A stretch of 64,000 nt of DNA, from contig NW_027270906.1 in the NCBI RefSeq assembly GCF_040938485.1, positions 1-64,000 of the forward strand. Direction: 5' to 3'. The DNA comes from Diadema antillarum. Lineage: Eukaryota. The position numbers were made by a program, and so were the translations under genes. A model generated the notes under the pieces. That model did not search any database. It was not told the DNA's origin and saw nothing but the letters and a program-made list of their open reading frames with translations. Position 1 is the first letter of the stretch; each line of letters starts with the position of its first letter. This document shows positions 49,101-62,464 of this stretch, piece by piece.

Positions 49101-52100
49101 TCGCCAACAGGTGGAAAGGGGAGAACGGCCCGGGGTGCTTCCGCGTAATGGTGATAACTTCAGTATTTGACTGTGAATGCGACCCGCTGTCACTTCGTGT
49201 GGTGTCGCTCTGAAGACTAGCGTCGTCCACACTTACGGACGCTCCCGAGATCTGAAAAGGCGGAAACAAATTCCGAAAAGCCACTCGATAGGATAAAACT
49301 GCATTCTGTTAATGTTAATGGTGAATTCATAATTGATAGTCTCATTAAAGATGATGTTACATAATATAACTACACCTACTATTGAATGTGTGGCGTGTGC
49401 CAGTGGCAAATCGTCAGCACGGGACGATGTCCTTTGTCTTGATTTCGTGTGCAACAAAGCTAGGGAAGATGGCTACCTCCCTGCGCGCATGGTGCTATAT
49501 GGTTCTCGGTGTGTGTCGTTTAAAATGTGCGTTTTATCCCGGTACATTTAAAGACTACCTTGGTGCCAGTCACAGTCGTTGTGATTAAGTGGAAAGGGTA
49601 AAAACTGTACTTGGACGTACAATGGAAGAAAAACATAAAAAGATCCTATGGAATGTACATGTCATTAACTATACACCATAATGACATTGTGTGCAGAGGT
49701 GATTAAGTTCTTGCTGTTGGAATTTACTTCTATTGTCGTTTCTGTCGTTCTTTTTGTTGATGATGATGATGATGTTGTTGTTGCATTTTATTTTCCATGT
49801 CGGTCTGCAGTAACATTTTAAAGATGTAGATCTGTCATACACTTGTGATAAGTTCAGCGTGCCTGATCTACCTGAGATGTAAACCTATCACCGAGATTTT
49901 CAGATCGATATGAGATCTCATGAATAACAGAGGCGAGCTTTCTTGTTACTCGGATGTGGGGCTTGGAGAGAGGTATTGAAGGTAACCACCAATATCAATG
50001 ATTTATGTTGTGTAAAAGTTATGCCACTGTTACCAGTGAACTCCTCTTGACTCAGAACCATTACTATGATGTTGCTTCAGATACGACACGATATTATGTG
50101 AATACATACATTACACAATCATCAATATGATATTGACCAACAGTTGATTTTACTGAAATAGGCCTACACGCATGTGCGACCTTGTAGTAAAGTCTGCGGC
50201 TGAAGTTTCGGCAATTTTAGATTCCAGAGTCTTACTATTCCATACTTTGATATAGTTTCCACTGGGCTTTACACGGTACAGGTACTAAAAACAAACCAAA
50301 AACAAACCAAAACAAAAAACCAAAACAAAACAAAAAACAAACAAACATTGGAAGTATTTTAAAATATATACTCAGAGGATGACGAGATTGTTCTTAACAC
50401 TCGCCTCTGAACTAAGTTGTAGGCTTCTTTCGTCCTCTCCAAGGCCCGCGTTCTGGCAGACGTTGGTGTAATGTCGCACCAGCCGAGTCCGACGGGCGAG
50501 TTGGTGCAATGATGAGACACGAGAGGAGAGCGATGCCGGAGATCATAAAGAAAATGAGTGTGTTGATCTTCTCGTTGGGCACAAGCAGTTTAGTGATGAT
50601 GCGATTCAGTGACGTCACCACTCCAGCAGTACCTACAGCATTATCAGATACACAAAGGATTGTAATGTTTGCTCACTTCGGAGTGCCCTACACACTATCG
50701 TCCTCCCTTTTCTTCATTCCACTGGAGAAAATATGATAGGAATATAGCCTATACAGGATAATCCTTCGCTGCAGGGTAACGTACAGTAATACTGCCAAAC
50801 ACATGACCCTATAACCATTCTGAGTTTTTCTTCGGTGTAAAAGGGATACAAAATCCAGAGGCTGTTCGGTAACTAATACTTATATATGATGTTAATGTTC
50901 TGATTTCGAAGGGATGAAATTATTGTTGCTGTCAATCCCTTACAATGAATAGAACATACAAGAAACCCGAAGTATCACTGCATTCCGCATATTTGCCATT
51001 TTCCCCTTGATAATTTTGAGTGTGCGTGAGTATGTGTGTGTTTGTGTTTGTATGCGTGCGTGTGTGCTCTTGTGTGTGTAAATTTGTTTTTTTTTTACTA
51101 TAGACCTGGATTGGAAAACTTGCATTGATTGCACCGTGATTGCACTGGGGCTCTGTGGCACAGTTGGTAAGACGCCCGACTCCCGATTGGAGGACCTGAC
51201 TTTGAATCCCGCCCAGTACATACGTCCTTGGACAAGATTTTTTTTACCCACCATGACCCTCTCGACCCAGGTGTGTAAATGGGTACCTGCTATGGCAACG
51301 CTAGGGTAATAATAATGGCAGGGTCCTCTGGTATAGAGCAGTGGCAACACTGGAGAGGTTACCCTGGATAATTAAGACCTTATTGTTATAACTTCATCCC
51401 GGCACACAAGAGCTATCCTGTTGTGTGTTGTTTCAAGAGTGCGACGAAGCAGCCCATGCTATAATTGCTTTGATTTTGAAAACAAACAATGTGGAATTAC
51501 AAGCGCAGACGTCGACATCACCTCTATAACCACCTCCGCGCTTCTCTTGTTGAACTCCTACAGGATGAGGTTAATAGGCCTACTTAAGTCTCATGTAACA
51601 GATGGTATCACTTTGGTACAGTGCTCGTTTATATTTGCTTTTGTTTTGTTTTGATTTGGTCAGGTTTAGTCTTTCTCTTTTTTTTTTTTTCATTTTCGTG
51701 CTAGCTTTGTCAAAGGTTGACAAACTGCAAACCCAAATGCCCTGTATAATTTCGCTTGTTAACCCTTTCTGTGCCAGCTGGGACTTTGGACAGTGTGCGC
51801 GGACGTGCAACTCTGTTTGTGTGCCAATCGGCATTCAAAGCACAAATATTAGGGTAAATCAAGCAAATTGGGAATTATTTAGCCTTTTGTCAAGGCCCTC
51901 TAGCCGTAACGGGCGAGCGAAGCGAGCCCAGCCGAGCGCGACATCGCGAGGAAACCACTCGGATTGGCTTCCTTCACCATACAGCGAGAGGGCCTTGACA
52001 GAAGGGTAGGAATCATTCATGAATGACCTACATAGTATCTCAGTGATGCAGGAGACGTCGCTACGACTCGTGCGACTCGAAAGAGCACAGAAGAAAACGA

Positions 52101-54475
52101 TTTCAGGGTGACGTCCGAGTCGTCTCCAGACAAGGGCCCGTTGCATAAAACTTACCGTTGAATTTCAATGGTAACTACCGTCAAAATTAGGCGTCACAGC
52201 CAATCAGCATCAAGGATTATAAAATTTACCGCTAATTTGAAGACTTACCGCTAGAAACGAGCGGTAAGTCCAGCGGTAAGGGTTATATGCAACAGGGCCA
52301 AGGTGACAACTTTATTTGCCCGGAAGTCGCCTGGAAGTTGCCCGCGACGTCTCCGAGACGTCTTCTAAGTTTTGGAGATGTCTCCGAAACGTCTTTTCAA
52401 TTTCGGAGACGTCTCTGAGACGTATACGCATTGTCTCTGCTATGGCATGGGTCACCACCGGGTCTCAGCAATGTTGCGGAGACGTCTCGAATATGTCGCT
52501 GGCAAAATTAGTCTCCACGACATGGCCGCAACTATAAGGAGACGTCGCGGAGACGTCTTCGAGGGGTATGGAGAATGCACAAAGTCTTCAATTAAAATGG
52601 AACATGTTCTATTCTCCTGCGACTTCTTCAGACTCCATGATCGAGACGTCTCCGCTACCATCGCAGCGAGACTCGAGTTTTACACCAATATATGCATGAC
52701 TGTGTGAGCTTTATGAATCACATCACCTATAGGCTAGCTGTTACATGTATTTTATCCGTGTAGAGTGAGAATACAGACCAGCTGGTATACAGGCAGCATT
52801 CAGGCAACACTCTTGACTTTTTTGGAAGTACACCATCATGGAACTAAGTATTATCTAATAATCATAAATGTGAATTCCGCCGTTGGGTATCACAATCCCT
52901 TCCTGTTAAAGTGAATAAATTGTGAACAAAGACAAACTCACTTTCTCCTGCCATGACGGCCTGTGTGAATCTCTTGGGTAGCATGCCCGCGTAGCCATAG
53001 AAACTCGACTGCTGAACTGGAAAGGCAACAGAGAACGGACATTCTTGATTACGGGCAAGGAAGTTTATTATGTTTGCATGAATCCATTATTTTCTGGCAT
53101 TGTGCATATATTCATCCTATCGTCAAAGAACATGCCACATACGGAACTAATTTTTTTTTTGCGCAAATTAAATGACTAATTATTTGAACAGTGAAAACAG
53201 CTCGCTCGTGAGGGTCACTGTCCAATAAGCTCGCAGTCCTTGATTCAGATACTATATTATACGTTATCTAATCATGGCCGAGTCATTACAGTAATGACAC
53301 GCCAAGGCAGTGAGCTTGGCGACTTTTGAATTTAGGCACAGGTTATATGAGCCATTAGTCCCAAGACGGTGTCCTTGTGTGAGAAACCAGACAATTTTAT
53401 GCCCGGCCATTCATACAGACATTCGAAATTAGAACCCGAGACAAACACAGAAGGAAATGCATGTACGTGCATAACAGAAGAAAAAAAATGGAAAGAGAAG
53501 TTCGGGGTAAGGTCCTGCTGAGACACAGATTACAGTTGTTGGTAATATAATTTCTCAGTTCTTATATAGTTGACATCAATACTTTGACTCCAATATACGA
53601 GGGGGAGTGGAAGGGACCGATGCATGGTAGAAGACCACTTCCTAACACAATAACAAACCAGACAATGTAACGACAAATGGATTTGAAAAGTGGACGTGAA
53701 GTGAGACTAATAATTGACAAACATGATGTCTTACAAAAGCAATGCGTTGTTCATTACTATATTAAGGGCATCATTTGGCGTGAACTAATAGGCATGCAGT
53801 TTTAACGACCCATAATTGTGTCGCAGACAGTTCTAATTTGATTTTTAAAGCCGATAAGGATTATATGTATTTTCTATCAACAAAGGTATAAGATTGTCTT
53901 CTCGGGTAAAATGATTGATCAGTAATGACACTACCTGTGCATCCAAACGCAGTGACAGCTACGGCGAGGAGGATGACCGCGTAGGCGGTCTGTTGGGAGA
54001 GACTGGCGTCGAGACCGACGACGAGGAAAGCAGCAAGGAGGAGAGCACAGAGGGCCATGATTTGCCCCATCAGGATCCGCCGCTGCACCGAGATCTTTAC
54101 CACCAGGGCGTTGTTCAGCATGACCGCCGCGAAACCGACGAGGAGGTACACGAGGCTCATGTCGAACACGATAGTGGTGTTCGGGAAATGAGAGTGAAAG
54201 AAATCGACGGCGGTGACGAAGCTGTTGTATGGCAAGAGGAACCCCGTGCCGGCGAGCAGGAGCGAGACGTAGACGCAGTTGAAAGGGTCGCGTGGCTGTC
54301 GGACTCGAATTCGTGAATGAGAGTCGTTGATATCCGGGGAATCGGAGTCGGCGTCATCGTTCACGTTTGCATTGTCCGTCCAGCTGGTTGGGGTGGTCAC
54401 CGTCCGTGAATTCTGATTCGCCTCCATGCTGGGAGAGGCGGTTTCAGGTTCTCGGTGAAGACGATTGTCTTTCAT
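46178..54475 (-). CDS. SLC29A4: Equilibrative nucleoside transporter 4 (ENT4/PMAT)-like; exons 54475-53935, 53016-52942, 50632-50405, 49251-49091, 48283-48096, 47301-47061, 46341-46178; two apparent +1 frameshifts
   Basis: LLLAGTGFLLPYNSFVTAVD, TTIVFDMSLVY, AFGCTVQQSSFYGYAGMLPKRFTQAVMAGES, DIWPYMLSIGVTYYITLCLFPGIESE, GISNGYFGSVPMILAPGKV and ELAGNVMTVSY are ENT4-type motifs. Exons 3 and 4 are each one base too long to keep frame (see findings). Confidence 0.9.
51147..51360 (+). mobile_element. Degenerate tRNA-derived SINE
   Basis: ggggctctgTGGCACAGTTGGtaagacg...ctTTGAATCCc head followed by a ctctcgacccaggtgtgtaaatgggtacc core typical of SINE bodies. Confidence 0.65.
52136..52299. mobile_element. 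MITE with ggcccgttgcataaaactt...aagggttatatgcaacagggcc termini
   Basis: Imperfect TIRs with internal ttaccg/cggtaa repeats; boundaries approximate. Confidence 0.55.
52320..52687. mobile_element. GAGACG/CGTCTC-rich repeat element, copy 2 (inverted relative to copy 1)
   Basis: Same dense gagacgtctc motifs as 44660-45020. Confidence 0.6.
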
Positions 54476-55185
54476 AAAATATAATTCATTATTCGGACTT
54501 GAGGGATCCGATATCCGTATCTAGTTCACAGCCCTGTTGGAGTGATAATAATTGATAGTGAGAATAGTGTGTACAGTCACAAAGATAATCGGCTGTAATC
54601 GGTTGTGTTCCCCATTGTGAGCTAGACTGGTCAATTCTTATTCATTTCATTCTTTATTCTAAATCTTGGAGTTATTAAACTTCAATAAGAAAAAAAGTAC
54701 ATGTACATGTATATCAAAAAAAGTATTTCGAGTATGATAAATTATAGTTGTTGTTTTCTTTTACGACCATCATAATTATACTGTAACAGTAAAGCTGGGA
54801 TAATTCAGCAGAATAACCGTCAAGTCTCTCTGACTAATATGAACAAGTACAACCATGGATACTAGCTCCGTGGTACAACTACTCTATGCTAAAAAAAAGA
54901 GAGTCCAATCTTCCGAAACGATATTACGTAACAGCAAATCAGGGACTGTGTAATGACGTCACAAACGGATGAGAGCTCGTTCTAAATGTTTCATGCATGC
55001 ATTGGAGGAAGTGAATGTCAGGATGATATTCATGCAGAACAGGTGGAATGCGTCGCTGTAAAGGCGATAACGCGCTCTGTTAAATCGTATGGAGTGCGAT
55101 TAACAGGAATAATCTTATCTATTTGTATATACGCACTATGTCAACTAATGCAGTATACACGATGCTTTCCATGTGAGAATATCAT

Positions 55186-55189
<4 letters not shown>

Positions 55190-55264
<75 letters not shown>

Positions 55265-55265
55265 T
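55190..55265. repeat. (TA)n microsatellite
   Basis: Direct inspection. Other microsatellites: (TG)n ~27167-27204, (CA)n ~56935-56995, (TA)n ~63376-63428, (GTTT)n ~27612-27668. Confidence 0.95.
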
Positions 55266-56938
55266 AGTTATATATAAGCGTGAGATAATGTCGAAAGAAG
55301 TCGCCCTCCAATATGAAGGCGGAGAAATAAAAGAAAATGCAATGGAAAATACCTAGGCGTCGCCCACCTTTATTTTTTACTTGTTCTATATCTGTTCCCG
55401 AAATGCTGTTGCTTGCCTTTAAAGAATGTTATGCCAATATAATGCAGAGTATCTCGTTAAGAATAATTACCATGGCGACAAAAGGGCTTGCTAAGAGCGG
55501 AAATGTCTCTGGAGAGAAAGGTGTATTGATTATAATATAGCATGGCCTTCATTACGTATAACAAGTGTGGGATGGAAGAAGTCGGGAGTATCGAGGTTGA
55601 GTAAACGAACAGATTATACACAGCTTTTAAATTGCCATGGTTACGAAAGGAAATTATTCAACTACAGGTGCTTATGATACTTTTAGAATGTTTGTTAACA
55701 TTGATGGAAAAGCCGAGTATAATCGAAAAATGTCTGTTTTTTGTTTGTTTGTTATTATTGTTGTTGCTGCTGCTGCTGCTGTTGTTTTGTTTTGTACAGT
55801 ACAAAGGCACATGTTGCAGTTTGCATGTTTCCTATATAAAACGGCATCAGCCGGTAGAAGCGGAGTAGATAATGTAGCATATTTCGTGGAACTCAAAGAG
55901 ATACTCCCTGTAATAAAAATAGACATAAAATATGAAATTAAGCTCTAACACATGCCGTGGATTATTGGTTGCTTATCACTTATTTGAGGCACTAGCGACA
56001 AGGAAACTGTCACCGCATGGCATCATATTTCAGTCAATTTTATTGATTCCCTAACGGCAATGCATTTGCTCCACATTCCTATACTTCACCTCGAAATTTA
56101 TTGTGTTGTTTTCTAATCTACCAACACCTTTTTTCTCTCTCGCTCTGAATTAAATTTTGCTTACTCTCAATTTGCGTCAAACGTTTTCCTTTGGTGACGT
56201 CCACTCTGAGACCATTAAAATTGGAGAAGGAAAACTGATTCTGAGAACGTATAAACTCAAATGATGATGATGATGAGTATTTGTTGATCTTGTGGAGAAT
56301 TTTCAAGTTCTCAAACCGGTGATAGAGCTGCTCTTCTTGCAACCAAACTACATCACGAAAGAGATGACTCCTTTTGTTTTTGTCCAACCTTTATGTATCA
56401 GTCCGACGCGCTGATAAAGGGTTCATCATTTCTCAGGTCCTAACGCTAATGAACTGAGTTCGTTTTACCCATGCACGTACTTTACGACCTCCCTTGTGGG
56501 TCAGCATGATAATGGGTCACCGGTAAAATTTATAGGCTTTATTGAAAGCAGGGTTGGGTTTTATTGGGTTTGTCCAATCAAAATGTTAATTAAGGTCGCA
56601 TTCATTTCCGTGCAGTATCCGAGTTCATTATAGGTAGGGACAAATAACAGCAACATTCACGGATGCATGGGTTCGCGAAACACGTAACCGAGACGAGTGT
56701 ACACTTCGTATTGTTTGTTTTTGCTCTTCGAGTCACTGCTTTGTCGAGAATAGGTTCTCATCTACAAAGCGCAAGCACCCCCCCTCCCCCCTCCCCGGAC
56801 TCCCCATCCCCAATCTCCCCCATCCCATGAGTCATTACTCACCGTCATCTGAAGATGAGTTGACAGCCGCAGGACTGTGCTGTTTTTCCTTCTGTCTCTT
56901 TGTCTTTCTCTCTTGCTTCCTTTTCTACGCACAGCACA

Positions 56939-56998
<60 letters not shown>

Positions 56999-57718
56999 TG
57001 CAGACGCCTATACACACATAATTATACGCACTTACACACAAATTTCACATTATTTATCAAATCCCATTACATCAGTTTTTATATTTCTATTTGATATAAT
57101 TATGCTACCCTCAAAAGTTCATGTTAACAAGAATGCTTGCAGGTGTTTTGCCCGACAAAGCAACACACCAGTAAATCAGTCCAATAGTAATTGTTGATTA
57201 CTAGATTCTCGGAAGCACTATACTAAGATTTAAAAATAATTTCACACTATAGTATAATCTGGTCTTTGTAAAAAAAGAAAAAAGAAAAAAATGATGTCTG
57301 AATGGATGTCTCGTTTATCATAAAATATGAACAATATTTAGCCCTTTTAGAAATCAAATCTTTATCATCATTCGGCTATAAATCATTTTGTCGTAATGCT
57401 GTGCATTCTGTTCTAGCTGGTCAGCTAGGAGAGACTGGAGAGAGAGAAAGGGGGTGGGGGAGTCTATCCATTATAGTATTTGGTTACATACGACCAGCTG
57501 TGTCACGCACTTATTATACGCATGATTGTCTGCCCATGCTTTTAATAAAGTTGGCCAGCCAGGGGCAAGTTCCATTAATATTGTGTTAAGTCGTCCAGAG
57601 CGTCGGTCTATCAATAAAAAAGGGTGATGACCTCGTAGGCTATTCCTTAAGCAGATCGACGCCTTATAGCTTTCTACAAAATGATGTCCCGACGTATGCG
57701 ATGATGCATGTTATGATT

Positions 57719-57885
57719 CAGTGGCGGATCCAGAGGGGGACGCAACCGGCGCACGCCCCCCCCCCTTTATTTTTCGTGAAAAACAAAAGAAATAAAAAGA
57801 AAAAACATGAAATAAAAACCGGAAGTGCCACCAGAAATATTAGTCACGCCCCCCCCCCTTTACAGAATTCCTGGATCCGCCCCTG
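57719..57885. mobile_element. cagtggcggatccag MITE with 5-bp TSD (TGATT)
   Basis: tgatt|cagtggcggatccag...ctggatccgcccctg|tgatt. Confidence 0.85.
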
Positions 57886-60800
57886 TGATTGTCCTTTAAT
57901 CAAATCATTCCTGCACTATATGGTTTTCGTTTTCGTGGTGAAAGTATGGCCATCAAACCGGGATCTTTACATCTTTTTTTTTCATTAAAATGTATGATTT
58001 AAATGCACTTTCATGTTCGCATCTCTCACAAAATAATAGTGTCTTCAATCTCTTCTGCTCAACCGTGCTCAGTATAATCGCCACTGGAAGAGAACAAAAA
58101 ACAGACACTATTTTGCACATACTGTATCTTTTTTTTTTTCTCGCGACTGTTGCCTTTTCGCTATTTGTCATAGGATCGATTTTGACATTGATATCAGGAA
58201 TAATGTGGGATTGCTTACAATGTGCACAGAGCTTCGACAATGTTTTGAAGTGCTACACTTGAGAAGGACAATAATGTAGCAGTTTTCGATATTGTGGAAA
58301 ACAAGAGGCCCTTTCCTGCGCAAACTTCCGCCATGACCATCCGCTTTCAAATATCAGATAACATGCAAAGACAAAATGTTCGGAAACGATTGCAAAATAA
58401 TGATGTATAAGAGATAGGTGCAGACTGATGTCGTTAGCGTATCTTAAACATCCTTCTAAAGTGATTACTTGTGATATACACGTGTTTATTTTCAGAGTGA
58501 GCTTAGGCCTAATGCATATGTCACTGATATGTCATGCATTCATGTCCTAAGCAACATGCATTTCCTGGTATGCGCTATACTGACGTTACTATACATCACA
58601 CGCCGACTATAATGCTCATATCCTCGTCTAAGTTAACAACAGTGCATGCATGGGGTGAAACGGTTATTATCATCTCTTGCGTTCTGACTGATGGTGATTA
58701 CACGTTATCATTATACTTTCCTATACAGAGATTATTATATCCAGAGAGACGAAGTCTAATTTACTGTTCTGCGGGATGATCTGACCTTCCCGATATTTTT
58801 ATTTCCGGCATTCAAAAACATCTTTTTTTCTTCTTATCTATCTAGCGGACAGGAAAAACGTATAGGGCCTATACGTGTGATGAGAGGTATACCTCTTAGT
58901 CATATTCCTTGTGCGCAAAACAGAAGGTCTATTTTCGATACTGGTCTTACAAGAGTTAGAGTCATAGGATGCATTCTACATTGAAACAAGTGCTTTCAAC
59001 ACCCATTTATAAGAATGACAACGCTAAAGGTCCTCTCATGTGTATCCAAAGAGAGTATATACCATGCACGTTTAAACATGTTTAACGAATTTGAGCGCAG
59101 ATGGGCCACGGCGCCTGGGCAAAAACTTGAATGAGACTCTGCGTGACGTTGCGAGTAAATTAAAAAAATATATAATATATTTATGAAAACGCAAGTTTAC
59201 TTTCAATCAACGACATTCAAATATGATTCCAGAATATTTTGTTTGATGTAAACATTTGAGGTCATACGTGTGATTCTTCAAGAAAAAAAAAGAGGCATTA
59301 CTGTCAACTTTAAAAAAAACTGTCGTGGTATAGCGACTGCATCATGATCGAGCACTATATACATTGGATTTCCTTTGGCAGGTGCAATTTGTTGTGTTAG
59401 CACTGGGGATGCGTCGGCCTTCTTTCCGGAGTAACTTCCGCCAAGTTTCGTATGGCCGCTCTCTATACTTCACCGGGCCGTATATCGAAGAATGATGACG
59501 TCCTATCATAATGTATGCCCTGTCAACCAGGGAGTCGTCCGCTTAGCCGTTCCTTTTCACACCACCTGTCTTTAATGCATCCCGATCGTGCTCATAAGGC
59601 TCTATATTGTTGGTTTGTTCGTTCGCTTGTTTTTCTCGTATATACCTGATGTCGCATTTAGATCCTAGACAATGATGTTATTTCGCATTATCCATCTGAG
59701 TATATACCTTCACACCTGTCAAGGACTAATCTAAAACCTACCGTTAGTGGTAAATATCAAGATATTTAGATTGCTATCACAAAGTGAATTATCTGACATA
59801 ATAATACTGCACCTCTCGAACTATAGTAACCAGAACAAGGTTTATTATTGGTCTCTGATATTCTTGGAAGCCGCAATTTATATATTCCGCTTTTGATTCG
59901 GACAAAGGCCTCATGCCTAGACATAAGCTTGCAAACCAACGCACACAAGACTCGTTTTAGTTAACTTTACACGGCATTCTCACCCATTTCATCTTGACAA
60001 GAGACAGACATGAGTGAGGAAAGATATTTTGGATCCATCGAGGGTGAAATATTCTTTCAATCCAAAATATTTCAGCTTGATTCATCTAAATTCAGCAACG
60101 AGTGCGCACTGCATGCCTAACTTATGAGCGTTAATATTATGCGAATGTATGCGATGAACTCCTTATCACATGCAGTGAAGTATAACCACTCACATAATTG
60201 TGTTACATGGGTTTCCAAGATATAATTGCATGGGTTACGTGTAAAAATAAGGGGAGAGAGTGGTTTGAAAACGTTGATGACGCTCAGATGTACTGGTCTA
60301 CGTTAGGGTATTATTTTCATCTTCTCGTGTACGCACGGAGTGACTATGCTAGTACAGTATTACTCGGTGGCGCCTGAAATGAAGAGACGGCTGGCGGGAT
60401 GCACGCACAGTACTTAGTTGAGTATCTTGATTGAAACATGCAGAACGAAAAACGACCGCATCCACGTTAATGTTTGGATGAAAGTAAGTTACTCACCAAA
60501 GAATCAATAGATAAAACAATCAGCATGATGCATTACTGGTGTGATGAAACAGGTCTTGAGGCTGGAAGCACAATTCATTCCAGGAAGACACCAAGAATAC
60601 GAATGGCCATTGGGGAGGATGCGTACACACACTAACGCTGTGGACTATAGGATGTGCCGACTCGATTGATGGTGTCGCAGCTCAACTCACTAAATCGAGG
60701 AGAATGTGTTGTGAGCGTGAGCAAGCGCTCACAACGTGGACAGAACTGCGTGTGCATTATAGTGTATGGCCATTATGTCTAAACATCTGGGTTTGTTCCC

Positions 60801-62249
60801 ATTCTGAGTTAAGTACATGATTGTAATTGGTGTCCGTCCGGCTGCAGTAGAGACTTACCTGCACAAATTGCAATTGTCGCGGGTGAATATGAATTCAAGC
60901 GACACATTAATATCTAAAAAGACAATTCACTGACAGCTGAAGATGAGTTGGGGCACTAAAATTTGATGAGATGTGCCTATTGTAGCTACCTTAATTGATT
61001 ATCATTTTTGTCTTATATGCCGGCCTACACATCAGGATCGAGGGACCGCGCAAGGGGGGTGCGGCGGGTTCAACGAGGGACAACAGACTGCCATTTTTTG
61101 GCTCTTAAAAAAGGAAATAAAAGTAATGGAAAAATAAGAGTATGGAAAAAAATGGCTCTCAGCCTTCCGCCCAGAGATTCCTCCCATCAATAAAAGGGGT
61201 AGGCCTACAAAATGTGCATTGACCCTTCAAGTTGACCCCACCCTATCCCCCCATACTTGCACCCCGCAGCCATCATGGGGTATCATTCTCGCGACCAGCG
61301 TGAACATGAATTCCGTGATCAGCAACCATAAGAAGCAGGGGCCGCGGAACCGGGGGGGGGGGGGGGGTGCAGTATATTCCACTGAGTAGCTGCACCAAAA
61401 CTTTGCACCAGATCGCTGAATTTCAGGTCTGAAATGTAAAATCACCTTCGTGTGGGAGGAGAATCCCTTATGTTACACCGGCCTTGTGTGCATGCCTTTT
61501 CTGTTTGATTGCTTAACCGACAGCGTTCATGAAATTCATTGTAAGAATTAATAAAAGAAGTTAATTTGAATGCTATACCACTTTATAGGCAAATTGTTTA
61601 ATAATCCACGTCAAACATCCTGCTACCTTAAACAAGTGGGGCCGTTTCAAAAGTCGCCCCCTCTCGCTCCCTCCCCTCGGGCTCGGTCGCTTCGCTCCCT
61701 CGCATACCCACCCCCCCCCCCCAAAGATCATATCCTGGCTACACCGGTGCGTCTAAGCGGGGGGGGGGGGGGGGGGGGGGGGGCTTGACCATGACACCCC
61801 CTCCTTCCGGTCCCCCCCCTCCTTCCGGTCCGGCAGCCCCCCCCCCCCCCCCCCCCGAAAAACGTTCCGCGGCCCCTGAGAAGTGTGGCATGGAAAGAGA
61901 AGAGAGTGTAATTTTGTGTTGTTGGCAATGTGCATTTTAACCGCTGTTTATTTTCAAGAGGCCGACGGTTAAAAATGAAGTGGCGCCCCGCTATTCAAGT
62001 AAGCCATACTTCTACTAGGATCAGTATAGTGACAATGTCCTGAAAAGAGTATACCCCCTAAAAATCCCAATGTTTAAAAATATCTTCATGTCCAGCAGAA
62101 CGGGTCCATTCTAATTTCCTGTCATGTCCTTTCAAATGTCAGCATTAATCTTTATCAACTTTGGGCAGATTGTCGACCAAAATAAATATCTTTTTGAGTC
62201 ACTGCATTAGAAATGTCTTTTTTTTCTATCATTTAGTATTCCTCTCCTG

Positions 62250-62406
62250 GGGGGTGTTTCATCAACGCTTGTCAGCGCCGACAACTGTCGGCGCTGACCA
62301 ATTTCGGCAAAATCTTTGGTTTTGATTGGCTGATATGCTCTGGTCACTGACTGTTACTATGGTGATTCAAGTTGTCAGCGCCGACAAACGTTGATGAAAC
62401 ACCCCC
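62250..62406. mobile_element. Harbinger-like MITE, copy 2
   Basis: Near-identical to 45730-45883. Confidence 0.75.
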
Positions 62407-62464
62407 GGGTGTTTCGCAGCCGGAGAAAACATGGTTCATTGTTGTTGTTGCCTCCTTTTGTTGT

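Noticed and set aside
50500-50515. Programmed ribosomal frameshifting as the explanation of the indels
   Set aside because: There is no slippery heptamer or downstream structure, and three single-base indels in short runs across two genes are better explained by consensus error.
53915-54316. 133-aa + strand ORF (also 13063..13419, 13202..13489, 25160..25652, 47074..47329, 10898..11158, 13870..14193)
   Set aside because: These are antisense shadows of real minus-strand exons.
56762-57197. ORFs rich in HT/CV/YI repeats (also 2396..2763, 23306..23697, 54986..55267, 63293..63490, 1431..1944)
   Set aside because: They are translations of microsatellites, a minisatellite, low-complexity tracts or the N gap.
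59380-59640. GC-richer block with an acceptor-like ggcag| as a coding exon
   Set aside because: All frames close quickly and no family is recognisable; it could be a regulatory element but I cannot support a call.
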